Shown: positions 1 to 8,867, numbered from the stretch's first letter. The stretch: 33,725 bases of DNA from Desulfonatronovibrionaceae bacterium (GCA_046539845.1 JBKHGE010000023.1:1-33725), one strand, 5' to 3'. Program-made: numbers and translations. The notes: generated from the sequence alone by a model not told the origin.

Positions 1-1
1 A

Positions 2-363
2 TGGGTGTTTTTGCTGGCCGGATTGTACGGATGCGAGCTGTTTGTCTTTCCCGCTTTGAAGGTCAGGATCCCGGTGGGGCTGCTTTATCTGGTGAAGACC
101 CTTGTTTTGTGGATGCTGCTCAAGAGTTTTTTGGATGGATTCTACTCCGAGATCTATCTGAAAAAGATCAGGAAAAAGCAAGTAAACTACATTGTCCTGG
201 ACTTTTTCAAGCTCCTTTTTTTCTGTGCCCTGGTCATCCTGGTCATAAAAAACGTCTTTAAGGTCAATCCAGGCTCCATTCTCACCTCTTCAGCCATCCT
301 AACCGCGATTATAGGTCTGTCCATCCAGGATACCATCGGGAGCCTTATATCCGGCCTGCTTAT
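2..363 (+). pseudogene. 5' fragment of an MscS-family mechanosensitive channel with C-terminal cNMP domain; starts upstream of the window and is cut by the IS
   Basis: Hydrophobic helices ending in the MscS TM2/TM3 signature SILTSSAILTAIIGLSIQDTIGSLISGLLI. MscS similarity stops at TTAT 360-363; the ORF tail ITDRKTLSFGAGI is IS left-end sequence. Confidence 0.8.
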
Positions 364-447
364 CATAACGGACCGTAAAACCCTGTCCTTTGGGGCAGGG
401 ATATAAGGTGCTTTCTTGTGATTTTTTTGAAGAAAAGGCGCAAGAAA

Positions 448-858
448 CTATTTTTCTCTCTGTTGTTCTACGTATTGCCGAATGATTGATATCGGAGCAC
501 CCCCGCAAGATCCGGCAAAGTAACTTGGACTCCAGAGTTTGCCTTTCCAGTATTTGTTTTTAAGCTCAGGGTGTTTTTTCTTGAGCAGACGGCTGGAGAC
601 TCCTTTGAGACTGTTGACCAGTTTGGATACTGGGACTTTGGGAGGATAATGAACGAGCAAATGCACATGGTCCTCTTCGCCGTTTGTCTCCACAAGCTTG
701 GTTTCAAAATCCCGGCACACAGCCTCGAAAATTTCCTTTAGGCTCTCTAATGCTTGTGGGGTCAATACTCCATATCGGTATTTGGTCACAAAGACCAAAT
801 GAACATGGAGGGTAAATACGCAATGTCTTCCGGTTCGTAAAGTGCTTGACGTGTCCAT
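448..858 (-). CDS. tnpA: Y1 HUH transposase TnpA (IS200-like)
   Basis: HLVFVTKYR, HUH motif DHVHLL, SLKGVSSR, LWSPSYF and catalytic Tyr helix IRQYVEQQ. Confidence 0.95.
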   Translation of the reverse strand: MDTSSTLRTGRHCVFTLHVHLVFVTKYRYGVLTPQALESLKEIFEAVCRDFETKLVETNGEEDHVHLLVHYPPKVPVSKLVNSLKGVSSRLLKKKHPELKNKYWKGKLWSPSYFAGSCGGAPISIIRQYVEQQREK

Positions 859-895
859 AGACCAAAAGTATAATGAAAACCATGATCATACGCAA
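846..895. promoter_or_regulatory. Overlapping divergent sigma70 promoters for tnpB (+) and tnpA (-)
   Basis: Plus strand: TTGACG 846-851, N17, TATAAT 869-874. Minus strand: TTGCGT 895-890, N17, TATACT 872-867. Confidence 0.7.
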
Positions 896-2108
896 GGGCT
901 ATAAATTCAGACTCAAGCTCCAGGATGGAGATAAGCAGCAGTTCTCCCAATTCGCCGGGTGCTGTCGTTTCGTCTGGAACAAGGCCCTTGCTATGCAGGA
1001 CGGACTTTTCCTGGACGAAAACGAAAAGCTCCTGCCCAAGACCAAACTCCTAAATCTTCTTGCGGAGTGGAAGCAGGAACACCCTTTCCTCAAGGATTCT
1101 CATTCCCAAATCCTGCAACAAACGCTCATTGACCTGGACCGAGCATATCAGAACTTTTTTAGAAGGTTGAAAAACGGGGAAGCCCCCGGCTACCCTCGGT
1201 ACAAAAAGAAATTTGTGCATGATTCTTTCCGGTTCCCCCAAGGATTTAGGATTGAAAATAGACACGTCTATCTCCCCAAGCTCGGATGGTTTCGGTTCTA
1301 CAAGAGTCGTGAGATAGAGGGAACGCCTAAGAACGTGACCGTATCCAGAGACGGGAAGCATTGGGATATATCCGTGCAGGTGGAGCAGGAAATCTCTGAT
1401 CCCTGTCCTGCGCAAGAGCCAAGCACAGGGCTGGATATGGGAATCTCCCGATTCTACACCTGCTCGGACGGTACGTTTGGCGAACCACTAAACGCCTTCA
1501 GGAAGGTAGAGAAAAAACTGGCCAAGGAGCAACGAAAGCTCTCTCGTAAGAAGGAGTTTTCGAGAAACTGGAAGAAGCAAAAAGCAAAGGTGAACAAGGT
1601 CCATCGTAAAATCCGGGACGTGCGCCTGGACTATCTGCATAAGCACTCTACCTTCCTGGCCGAGAGCTATATCCGGATCTATGCGGAAGACCTGCAAATA
1701 AAGAACATGTCCTGTTCTGCAAAGGGGACCCAGGAAGAGCCTGGAAAGAACGTCCGGGCCAAGTCCGGACTGAACAAATCCATTCTGGATCAAGGCTGGG
1801 GTGAGTTCATGCGTCAACTCGACTACAAACTGAATTGGCGTGGTGGAAAATTGGTCAAGGTTCCTCCGCATCATACGTCACAAACTTGTTCCGGGTGCGG
1901 TCATGTATCAAAGATGAACCGGAAGTCTCAGGGCCGGTTTGTGTGTGAGAGATGCGGCTTGGTCATAAATGCTGACCATAACGCCGCAATAAATTTGAGA
2001 ACCCTCGGGCAAAGGGGGATGGCCTGTGGATCGAATCGTACAAGCGGTCGGAAACAGGAACTATCGGGAAATGGCGACATAGTACCGGCCCTTCCCCTGT
2101 CACACTAA
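882..2108 (+). CDS. tnpB: RNA-guided endonuclease TnpB (ORF track start 873; ATG 882 preferred because 873 lies inside the -10 box)
   Basis: N-terminal GYKFRL..FAGCCRFVWNKAL; RuvC-I GLDMG, RuvC-II AEDL, zinc finger CSGC..CERC, RuvC-III NADHNAAIN. Confidence 0.95.
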   Translation: MIIRKGYKFRLKLQDGDKQQFSQFAGCCRFVWNKALAMQDGLFLDENEKLLPKTKLLNLLAEWKQEHPFLKDSHSQILQQTLIDLDRAYQNFFRRLKNGEAPGYPRYKKKFVHDSFRFPQGFRIENRHVYLPKLGWFRFYKSREIEGTPKNVTVSRDGKHWDISVQVEQEISDPCPAQEPSTGLDMGISRFYTCSDGTFGEPLNAFRKVEKKLAKEQRKLSRKKEFSRNWKKQKAKVNKVHRKIRDVRLDYLHKHSTFLAESYIRIYAEDLQIKNMSCSAKGTQEEPGKNVRAKSGLNKSILDQGWGEFMRQLDYKLNWRGGKLVKVPPHHTSQTCSGCGHVSKMNRKSQGRFVCERCGLVINADHNAAINLRTLGQRGMACGSNRTSGRKQELSGNGDIVPALPLSH

Positions 2109-2175
2109 CTGCGTGATTTAAAGGGAATCCCCTTCCTTCAGGTGGGGGAGGATGTCAAATCCGCAATCTGGAGGA
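1960..2175 (+). ncRNA. Putative TnpB omega/reRNA: scaffold overlapping the tnpB 3' end and right end, guide taken from the flank starting at 2159
   Basis: Inferred from the established TnpB architecture and the right-end hairpin. The 5' boundary is a guess. Confidence 0.5.
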
Positions 2176-2782
2176 CAGCTGGCAGGCCTGGGACGAACTG
2201 TACACTTCCATCTGGTACCAGTTCAAGAAGGCCGGCATAGAGATATCCCTGCCCCGCCAGGGCGTGTACCTCAAAGAGGAGGGGAAAAATAATACCGATT
2301 TGGAGATCACCGGGCTGCTCAAGGAGCTGCCCCTTTTCTCCGGGCTCTCCCTGCAGGAGCTGGAGCTTTTGGTCCGGGCGGCCGTGGTCCGCACCTATCC
2401 GGAGCAGTCCCGGATTATAAGCCGGGGAGACGAGGACAGCAATCTGTTTGTCATCCTCTCCGGACGGGTCAGGGTCAGGCGCGGCCAGGAGGAGCTTACG
2501 GTCCTGGAAAAAGGGGATTTTTTCAAGGAAATGGCCCTGCTTACTGGCGAACCCTGGTCCGCTGACATCTGCGCTGCGGATACGGTCACCTGTCTGATGA
2601 TTGACCGCGAGGCCTTCCGCGTCCTTCTGGAGATGAATCCGGTCGTGTATGAGAATATAAACCGCTTGTTCACCGAACGAAGCAGGCAGGCAGAGATTCC
2701 TGGGGAGGGAAGGAAGAAGTCCTCTGCCGAATCCTTTCTGGCTAGGTCTAAGAGCATTTTCAGGCCCCAATGCGGGGAATGA
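2159..2782 (+). pseudogene. 3' fragment of the MscS-cNMP channel (end of the MscS cytoplasmic domain plus a cyclic nucleotide-binding domain)
   Basis: The frame is open from 2159: IRNLEDSWQAWDELYTSIWYQFKKAGIEISLPRQ (MscS C-terminal IWY.F...GIEI.P type motif), then a cNMP fold LPLFSGLS..IISRGD..LFVILSGRVRV..GDFF.EMALLTGEP.SA. Confidence 0.8.
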
Positions 2783-3038
2783 AAAAGTGTTTAATCGCCA
2801 CCTCACGAAGGTCGTGAATCCAAAGCTGCTATAAAGGATGCCTCTGTGGGATCAGCGGTGGCATTCTTTCTTGCTGCATGTACGCTAGTGCCCGCGTACT
2901 CCTTTGGGCTTCCCGTCCTGAAAATGAAAATAGCTGGCGCGGGTACCGCTTACGCGGCACACGCAGGCGGCCTTGTGACCACGCACGGCAAAGAAAATCA
3001 GCTTTAAAAAACCCGCTGATTGGGCTGACCCTCTTCAA

Positions 3039-3075
3039 TATTCGCGGGTCTGCTTTTCTTTTTTGCCCGCGAATA
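3039..3075. terminator. Perfect 10-bp inverted repeat between convergent genes, likely terminator
   Basis: TATTCGCGGG-N17-CCCGCGAATA, 72 bp downstream of the rnhA stop. No clear U-tail. Confidence 0.45.
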
Positions 3076-3147
3076 AGCGCTGGCATTTCTTTTCCCGACG
3101 ATATCTGCGGCTCTGCGGGTAATTTTCTTTTACCAGGGCCTGGGCGT

Positions 3148-3621
3148 CTATTCTTGGTATCCGGTGTCCTCGGGGAGATTGTCAGCCGCAGCCTCGGCCC
3201 GGGCCATCTCATCGCATTTTTCGTTTCGTTCGTCCCCGGAGTGGCCGCGTATCCACTCGAATTGCACCTCGTGTTTCTCAAGCTCCCGGGCCAGGGCCTC
3301 CCATAGGTCCCTGTTCTTGACCGGCTTTTTCCCGGCCGTACGCCAGCCGTTTTTTTGCCACTTGTTCAGCCAGCCTTCGGTAATGGCCCGGGCCACGTAC
3401 TGCGAATCGGTGCGGATGGTCACCCGGGCCGGCTTTTTGAGTGCGGCCAGGCCAAAGAGAACCGCCATGATCTCCATACGGTTGTTTGTGGTCCGGCTGA
3501 ATCCGCCGGTTACAAATTTTTGCTTGTCCCGCCACTCCAGAATAGCCGCGTAACCCCCGGGTCCGGGGTTGCCCAAACTGCTCCCGTCCGTGGTTATGAT
3601 CACCTCAGGTTTTGCGCTCAT
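3148..3621 (-). CDS. rnhA: Ribonuclease HI
   Basis: TDGSSLGNPGPGG, TTNNRME, TDSQYV, PVKNRDLW, WIRGHSG..NEKCDEMA. Confidence 0.97.
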   Translation of the reverse strand: MSAKPEVIITTDGSSLGNPGPGGYAAILEWRDKQKFVTGGFSRTTNNRMEIMAVLFGLAALKKPARVTIRTDSQYVARAITEGWLNKWQKNGWRTAGKKPVKNRDLWEALARELEKHEVQFEWIRGHSGDERNEKCDEMARAEAAADNLPEDTGYQE

Positions 3622-4100
3622 GAGCCGGCAGAGTCCAGTCTTTCGGCCATCAAGACAAGGGCCTCTTTCAGGCCCTGCGGCCAGCGGTTCGGCCAGTAGG
3701 AGCGGAAGTGTTCGTTTTCCAGGTGCTCAATGAATTCTTTTCCGACCGCCTGGCGCACGAGCGGAGGAAAGACGATTACCGCTTCCTGCCGGGGGGGACA
3801 CAGGCCGATAAAAATGGTTTTCTTGTCCAGTCGGGGCACGGAGATTTCCTTCCGGGTGATCCGGATATTCAACTCCAGGCCGAAATCTTTTCTGATCCGG
3901 CCCGCAAAGTCGTAAACGGCCTGTTTTTCGGATTTGTTCAGGGTTTCGGTCTCGTCCCACATATTCTGGCGGGACTGGATGCTGTTCAGGGAGTTTTCAT
4001 AATGCTTCCAGAACAAAACACCGGCGGCGATAAACACGCCAACCAAAGCCAAAACGCGCAAAAGTTGCCTGGCCGGAGTGGAAGTGTTTGTTGCGCTCAT
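3618..4100 (-). CDS. Membrane-anchored conserved hypothetical protein, possibly TPM-domain-like (alternative start 4145)
   Basis: One N-terminal TM segment (VLALVGVFIAAGVLFW) followed by a D.T.TL...EK pattern reminiscent of TPM domains. Its stop overlaps the rnhA start (ATGA), suggesting translational coupling. Confidence 0.7.
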   Translation of the reverse strand: MSATNTSTPARQLLRVLALVGVFIAAGVLFWKHYENSLNSIQSRQNMWDETETLNKSEKQAVYDFAGRIRKDFGLELNIRITRKEISVPRLDKKTIFIGLCPPRQEAVIVFPPLVRQAVGKEFIEHLENEHFRSYWPNRWPQGLKEALVLMAERLDSAGS

Positions 4101-4242
4101 GGGATGTTTATTTTGTCGGGGACGACCCGGAATAGGCGTTTTCAATCCCTTTGTTTTTGTCTTTGAGGCGGTTTGCTGCCCCTTCGTGCTCTGGCTCCTA
4201 TGGGCTGTCTAACCGGCTGTTGATTCTTTGTGCCGTTCGGGT

Positions 4243-5607
4243 TCAGCCGGAGGCAATCCACTCCTGCAGCGGTTTTTCCACTAACTCGCGCATCTCTTTA
4301 AGCCTTTGCTCGGACTCGGCCTCGAATCTGAGGACAAGCACCGGCTGGGTATTTGAGGCCCGAAGCAGGGCCCAGCCGTCATCAAAGGTTATGCGTACCC
4401 CGTCCACGTCCACTATATCGTATTTGTCCCGGAAATATTCCCTGGCCGTGTCCACAACCCGAAACTTCTTTTCTTCCGGGCATTCTACCCTGATTTCCGG
4501 GGTATTGAAAGTGGTCGGCCAGTCGCTGAGATACGAGGATAGGCCCTTGTCCGGATCCTTGGCCACAGTCTCGCACAGGCGCAGGGCGGCATACAGGGCA
4601 TCATCAAAACCATAGTAGCGGTCGGCAAAGAACATATGTCCACTCATCTCCCCGGCCAGTACAGCTCCGGTCTCTTTCATCCTGGCCTTTATCAGGGAGT
4701 GCCCGGTTTTCCACATGACCGGATTACCACCATGCTCTTTAATGTCTTTAAACAGCAGGTGCGAGCATTTTACCTCCCCGATTACCGTCTCCCCGGGGTG
4801 CTCCTTGAGTACTTCCCGGCTGAAAATGGCCAAAAGTTTGTCCCCGTAAATAAGATCCCCGTTTTCATCAACCACTCCGATGCGGTCCCCGTCTCCGTCC
4901 AGTCCGATTCCCAGATGGGCTTTTTCTCGGACTACTGTGCTCCGCAGGTCAGTTATGTTCTCCAAGACAGTGGGATCGGGATGGTGGTTGGGAAAGTCCC
5001 CGTCCGGCTCACAGTATATGGGCATCACTTCCGCACCAGCCCGATCTAAAAGCTCGGCACAGACTTCGCCCGCGCTTCCGTTGCCCCCATCCACAACCAC
5101 CTTGATTTTGGCCTTGATCCGGCTGGTGGCCAGGAGGTGCTCCAGGTATTCGGGGACGATATTTATCTCCGTGGCCATGGCCGTGCTTTCCGGGAATTCT
5201 CCCTCTTGCATTATGGAGTAGATGCGGCGGATCTCGTCCGTGTGGATGGTATTGTCTCCGGCCCAGACTTTAAAGCCGTTGAAATCCGGAGGATTATGGC
5301 TGGCTGTGATCATCACCCCGGCGCTGAAGCCCAGATGCTTTATTGCAAAGTAGAAAAGAGGAGTGGCCACCATGTCCACATAGGTAACGTCCACTCCGGT
5401 GGCCATAAGCCCCTTTATTATCCGGGTCTGGTACTCCGGGGAGCTGTGCCGGCAGTCGCGTCCAACCACGGCCCGGGTAAAGCCGCGGTCCAGGAAGTAG
5501 GTGCCACAGGCCCGTCCCAGGGTCTCTACCCATTCTCCGTCAAAGTCCTCGTCCACGATGCCCCTGATGTCGTAGGCCCGAAAGACGTCCGGCTTGATTT
5601 CCTTCAT
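4243..5607 (-). CDS. Phosphomannomutase/phosphoglucomutase
   Basis: FRAYDIRG, phosphoserine loop ITASHNP, metal loop DGDGDR, sugar loop GEMSGH, RASNTQP. Confidence 0.96.
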   Translation of the reverse strand: MKEIKPDVFRAYDIRGIVDEDFDGEWVETLGRACGTYFLDRGFTRAVVGRDCRHSSPEYQTRIIKGLMATGVDVTYVDMVATPLFYFAIKHLGFSAGVMITASHNPPDFNGFKVWAGDNTIHTDEIRRIYSIMQEGEFPESTAMATEINIVPEYLEHLLATSRIKAKIKVVVDGGNGSAGEVCAELLDRAGAEVMPIYCEPDGDFPNHHPDPTVLENITDLRSTVVREKAHLGIGLDGDGDRIGVVDENGDLIYGDKLLAIFSREVLKEHPGETVIGEVKCSHLLFKDIKEHGGNPVMWKTGHSLIKARMKETGAVLAGEMSGHMFFADRYYGFDDALYAALRLCETVAKDPDKGLSSYLSDWPTTFNTPEIRVECPEEKKFRVVDTAREYFRDKYDIVDVDGVRITFDDGWALLRASNTQPVLVLRFEAESEQRLKEMRELVEKPLQEWIASG

Positions 5608-5715
5608 TTCATACCTCGTGGTGATTTTTCAGCCGATGCGGCATTTCTGTGGCAGACTGCCTTCAGTGATTTGTTTAACTCGTTCGCAAATGATTGTAAA
5701 ACTCTTTTGATTTAC

Positions 5716-5744
5716 TTGACCTGACTATATATGTCCTTTAGATT
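5716..5744 (+). promoter_or_regulatory. Putative sigma70 promoter of hflKC
   Basis: TTGACC-N17-TAGATT, followed by a hairpin-forming leader at 5751-5793. Confidence 0.5.
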
Positions 5745-5862
5745 CTAGCATTCCGGTAGTTGCAGTAAACGGCTGCAATAGGATATTGCCGGAAGGTATG
5801 GCGGCTTGTAAGGCTGGCCCGGATTGAAACAGCAATCATTATTTTAAGGACAAGCGTAAAAG

Positions 5863-6951
5863 ATGAACTGGGATTGGGAAAAATTACAGGAAAAAAGGCA
5901 GCGGCAAAAGTCTTCCGGGGGCGGCGGAAAGCCCCAGGGACCGGATTTGAGTGAGTTGGGGGAAAAGCTGAAACAATTCAAGGGTTTCAAGCTGCCCGGG
6001 GGCAAGCTGTTGATTGCTTTGGCCATTGTTTTGTGGCTTTTGAGCGGGATCTATATTGTTGATCCGGATGAAGTGGGCGTGGTTCAGAGGTTTGGGGCAT
6101 TCAACCGCATTACCGAGTCCGGGCCGCATTACCGTCTCCCGTATCCCATAGAAAAAGTCCAGACCCCGAAGGTTACCCAGGTGCGCAGGGTGGAGGTCGG
6201 CTTCCGCAGCCCGGAAACCAAAAGCAATCTGTCCAGCAGCAAACTCGTTCCGGAGGAATCTCTGATGCTCACCGGGGATGAGAACATAGTCAATGCTCAG
6301 TTCATTGCCCAGTACAGGATCAAGGACCCCCACAAGTATCTGTTCAATATAGCCCAGTCTCAGAAGACCGTGCGCGATGCGGCCGAGGCTGCCATGCGCG
6401 AGGTAATCGGCTATAATATGATCGATTCCGCCCTGACCACCGGCAAAACCGAGATCCAAAACGATACCAAAGAGCTATTGCAGAAGATATTGAATCGCTA
6501 TGGAGCCGGTATCCAAGTGACTACTATCCAGCTCCAGGACGTCCAGCCCCCGGATCCGGTGGTGGATGCGTTCAAGGACGTGGCCAGCGCCAGGGAGGAC
6601 AAGACCAAATTTATAAACGAAGCCCAGGCCTATGAAAACGATCTTATCCCCAAGACCAGGGGTGAAGTGGCCTCAATTTTGAATAAGGCCCATGCCTATA
6701 AAGAGACCGAGATCCGGCAGGCAAGGGGGCAGAGCAAAAAGTTTCTGGCCGTGTGGGGGGCGTACAAAGAATCCCCCGCGGTCACCCGAAAAAGGTTATA
6801 TTTGGATACTATGCAGGAAATATATTCCAAGCCCGGAGTGGACAAGCTGATTTTGAGCGAAGAGGCCATGCAGGGAAGCATTCCCTATCTGCCCCTGCCC
6901 GGACCGGGTCAGGGCAAGGCGCCCGGACTGAATTCCGCGGGGAGTAAATAA
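5863..6951 (+). CDS. hflK: FtsH protease modulator HflK
   Basis: MNWDWEKLQ N-terminus, one TM, SPFH domain (MLTGDENIV, VQPPDPVVDAFKDVASARED, VTRKRLYLDTM). Confidence 0.95.
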   Translation: MNWDWEKLQEKRQRQKSSGGGGKPQGPDLSELGEKLKQFKGFKLPGGKLLIALAIVLWLLSGIYIVDPDEVGVVQRFGAFNRITESGPHYRLPYPIEKVQTPKVTQVRRVEVGFRSPETKSNLSSSKLVPEESLMLTGDENIVNAQFIAQYRIKDPHKYLFNIAQSQKTVRDAAEAAMREVIGYNMIDSALTTGKTEIQNDTKELLQKILNRYGAGIQVTTIQLQDVQPPDPVVDAFKDVASAREDKTKFINEAQAYENDLIPKTRGEVASILNKAHAYKETEIRQARGQSKKFLAVWGAYKESPAVTRKRLYLDTMQEIYSKPGVDKLILSEEAMQGSIPYLPLPGPGQGKAPGLNSAGSK

Positions 6952-6952
6952 G

Positions 6953-7813
6953 ATGGATAACAAAAAAAGTGTGGTAGTTATAATACTGGTGGCAGTGGTT
7001 TTGTTTTTGGGCAGTCAGTCGGTGTATACCGTGGACCAGACGCAGCGGGGTCTTTTGCTCCAGCTGGGTAAACCGGTGGATTCCGGAATTGAGCCCGGCC
7101 TGCACTTCAAGCTCCCTTTTGTCCAGAACGTGATCCGCTTTGATAAGCGGGTCCTGGAATACGACGCGCCTCCGGCCGAGATCCTGACCCGGGATAAAAA
7201 GAATCTGGTCGTGGACAACTATTCCCGCTGGCGCATATCAGACACCCTGGACTTCTATCAGACGGCCCGGACCGTTTCCGGAGGACGCTCCCGTTTGGAC
7301 GACATCATCTATTCTGAACTTCGGGTGGCCTTGGGCAATTTTTCTTTGACCGAGATAGTCTCTGCGGAGAGGAGCGAGATCATGAGCCGGGTCACGGAAA
7401 AGAGCCGCGAGAAGTTGAGCGATTATGGCATAGAGGTCCTGGATGTGCGCATCAAAAGGACCGATCTGCCCGAGGAGAACCAGAAGGCCATTTTTGGCCG
7501 CATGCGTGCGGAAAGAGAGAGACAGGCCAAGAGATACCGGGCCGAGGGCCGGGAAGAAGGGGTCAAGGTCAAGACCGGTGCGGACCGGGAGCGGGCGGTA
7601 ATGCTGGCTGACGCCCGGGAGGAGTCCCAAGTCCTGCGCGGGGAAGGCGATGCCGAGGCCACAGGTATTTATGCCCAGGCTTTGAGCAAGGATCCTGAGT
7701 TCTACCAGTTCTGGAAGTCCATGGAGGCCTATAAACAGGGTGTGAATAACGGTACCGATTTTGTGTTCACCCCCAGGGAAGAATTCTGGCGGTACATGGA
7801 ATCCAGCAAATAA
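6953..7813 (+). CDS. hflC: FtsH protease modulator HflC
   Basis: PGLHFKLPF, LTRDKKNLVVD, DVRIKRTDLP, RMRAERER, DPEFYQF; 1 bp after hflK. Confidence 0.95.
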   Translation: MDNKKSVVVIILVAVVLFLGSQSVYTVDQTQRGLLLQLGKPVDSGIEPGLHFKLPFVQNVIRFDKRVLEYDAPPAEILTRDKKNLVVDNYSRWRISDTLDFYQTARTVSGGRSRLDDIIYSELRVALGNFSLTEIVSAERSEIMSRVTEKSREKLSDYGIEVLDVRIKRTDLPEENQKAIFGRMRAERERQAKRYRAEGREEGVKVKTGADRERAVMLADAREESQVLRGEGDAEATGIYAQALSKDPEFYQFWKSMEAYKQGVNNGTDFVFTPREEFWRYMESSK

Positions 7814-8150
7814 GAGTTGGCCGAAGTGGGTGACTATGAGCCCTGTCCATGCATAGCAGGGTATGAACGGACCACATTTGGGATTGGCAGGTTTGGGGTT
7901 ATCTCGTACTTTTTTTGTGATAATCTCCTATGGGTGTCCTTCCAGCTGCAGGATACTGCTAAGGTTTGAGGACCTGCGGGGCGGCTGCCAGCCCGGCCCT
8001 GAAAGACCTCCCAGAGGGAATCGAAGCAGGGAAATGATGTAGATTCTTATGTGCGGGTAGGTATGCTGCGGCTTTGGGGCGTATGGGCGTACCCGGGGTC
8101 AAGGTCGCTTGCAAACAATCCATTCCTGATTATCCGGGGGCGGCCCGGGC

Positions 8151-8867
8151 TTATTGTATCGTGTCCAGGGCCTCGTCCATGGAGTCGTGCAGGGTGATCT
8201 TGTCCATAAGCCCGATCTGACGAAAGACTTCCTTGAAATTCTCCGACAGCCCGGCGGCATGGACCTCTTTGGACCTGGTGCGCAGCTCTTCCAAAAATTC
8301 GGCCATCGCGGACAGCCCGGCCCCGTTTATGGATACATTGGGGTCAAAGCAGAGGACAATGCGTTCCGGATGCAGATCCAGGGCCTTGTCCCGGGCCCTT
8401 TTCAAGAACGGTTCCGAGGCGGAGGTGATATTACCCCGGAAGCTGATAATCGCAGTGTCTTCCTCCCGGCTAACGCCGATACTCTTTTTTTCCGCTCGGT
8501 TTAGCTCCATCCTTTCCGTGGCCCTTTGCAGGGCCTTTTCCAGGGAATCGCGTTTTATAGGTTTGTTCACGAAATCAGCTGCGTCCAGATTCAGGGCCTT
8601 GATGGCCAAGTCCATGTCCCCGTGTCCGGTGATTACGATCACTTCGGTCTCCGGATCGATTTCCTTGATCTTCTGCAAGACTTCCAGCCCGTCCATGGTG
8701 GGCATCTTGATATCGGTCAAAACCAGCTTGGGCCGTTCCCGCCGGAACAAATCCAGCCCCTGTTCTCCGCTTTCCGCCGGGAGCATCTCATACCCGTAGG
8801 CCTCCAGAAACAGCCCGAACATGCGCAGGGTGATTTTTTCGTCGTCTATGACCAGGATTTTGCTCAT
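8151..8867 (-). CDS. Response regulator with C-terminal STAS (anti-sigma antagonist) domain
   Basis: REC domain (ILVIDDE, LTDIKMP, ITGHGD, VNKP) followed by a STAS-like segment (ISFRGNIT..SINGAGL..GLSENFKEVF). Confidence 0.88.
   Translation of the reverse strand: MSKILVIDDEKITLRMFGLFLEAYGYEMLPAESGEQGLDLFRRERPKLVLTDIKMPTMDGLEVLQKIKEIDPETEVIVITGHGDMDLAIKALNLDAADFVNKPIKRDSLEKALQRATERMELNRAEKKSIGVSREEDTAIISFRGNITSASEPFLKRARDKALDLHPERIVLCFDPNVSINGAGLSAMAEFLEELRTRSKEVHAAGLSENFKEVFRQIGLMDKITLHDSMDEALDTIQ

Larger units (their letters stand above)
364..2158 (+). mobile_element. IS200/IS605-family insertion sequence (IS605-type, divergent tnpA and tnpB)
   Basis: Target TTAT at 360-363. Left-end guide AAAA 377-380 and hairpin CCCTGTCC-TTTG-GGGCAGGG 381-400. 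Right end GAAT plus hairpin CCCCTTCCTTCAGGTGGGGG, ending GATGTCAA at 2158. No terminal inverted repeats or target duplication, as expected for this family. Confidence 0.92.

Noticed and set aside
2264..2782. Stand-alone cNMP-binding protein as called by the ORF track
   Set aside because: The frame is open back to the IS end at 2159 and carries MscS C-terminal sequence, so it is a fragment of the broken gene.
2829..3306. ORFs 2829-3281 (-) and 2878-3306 (+)
   Set aside because: They overlap rnhA, are Arg/Pro-rich or antisense-like, and show no recognisable motifs.
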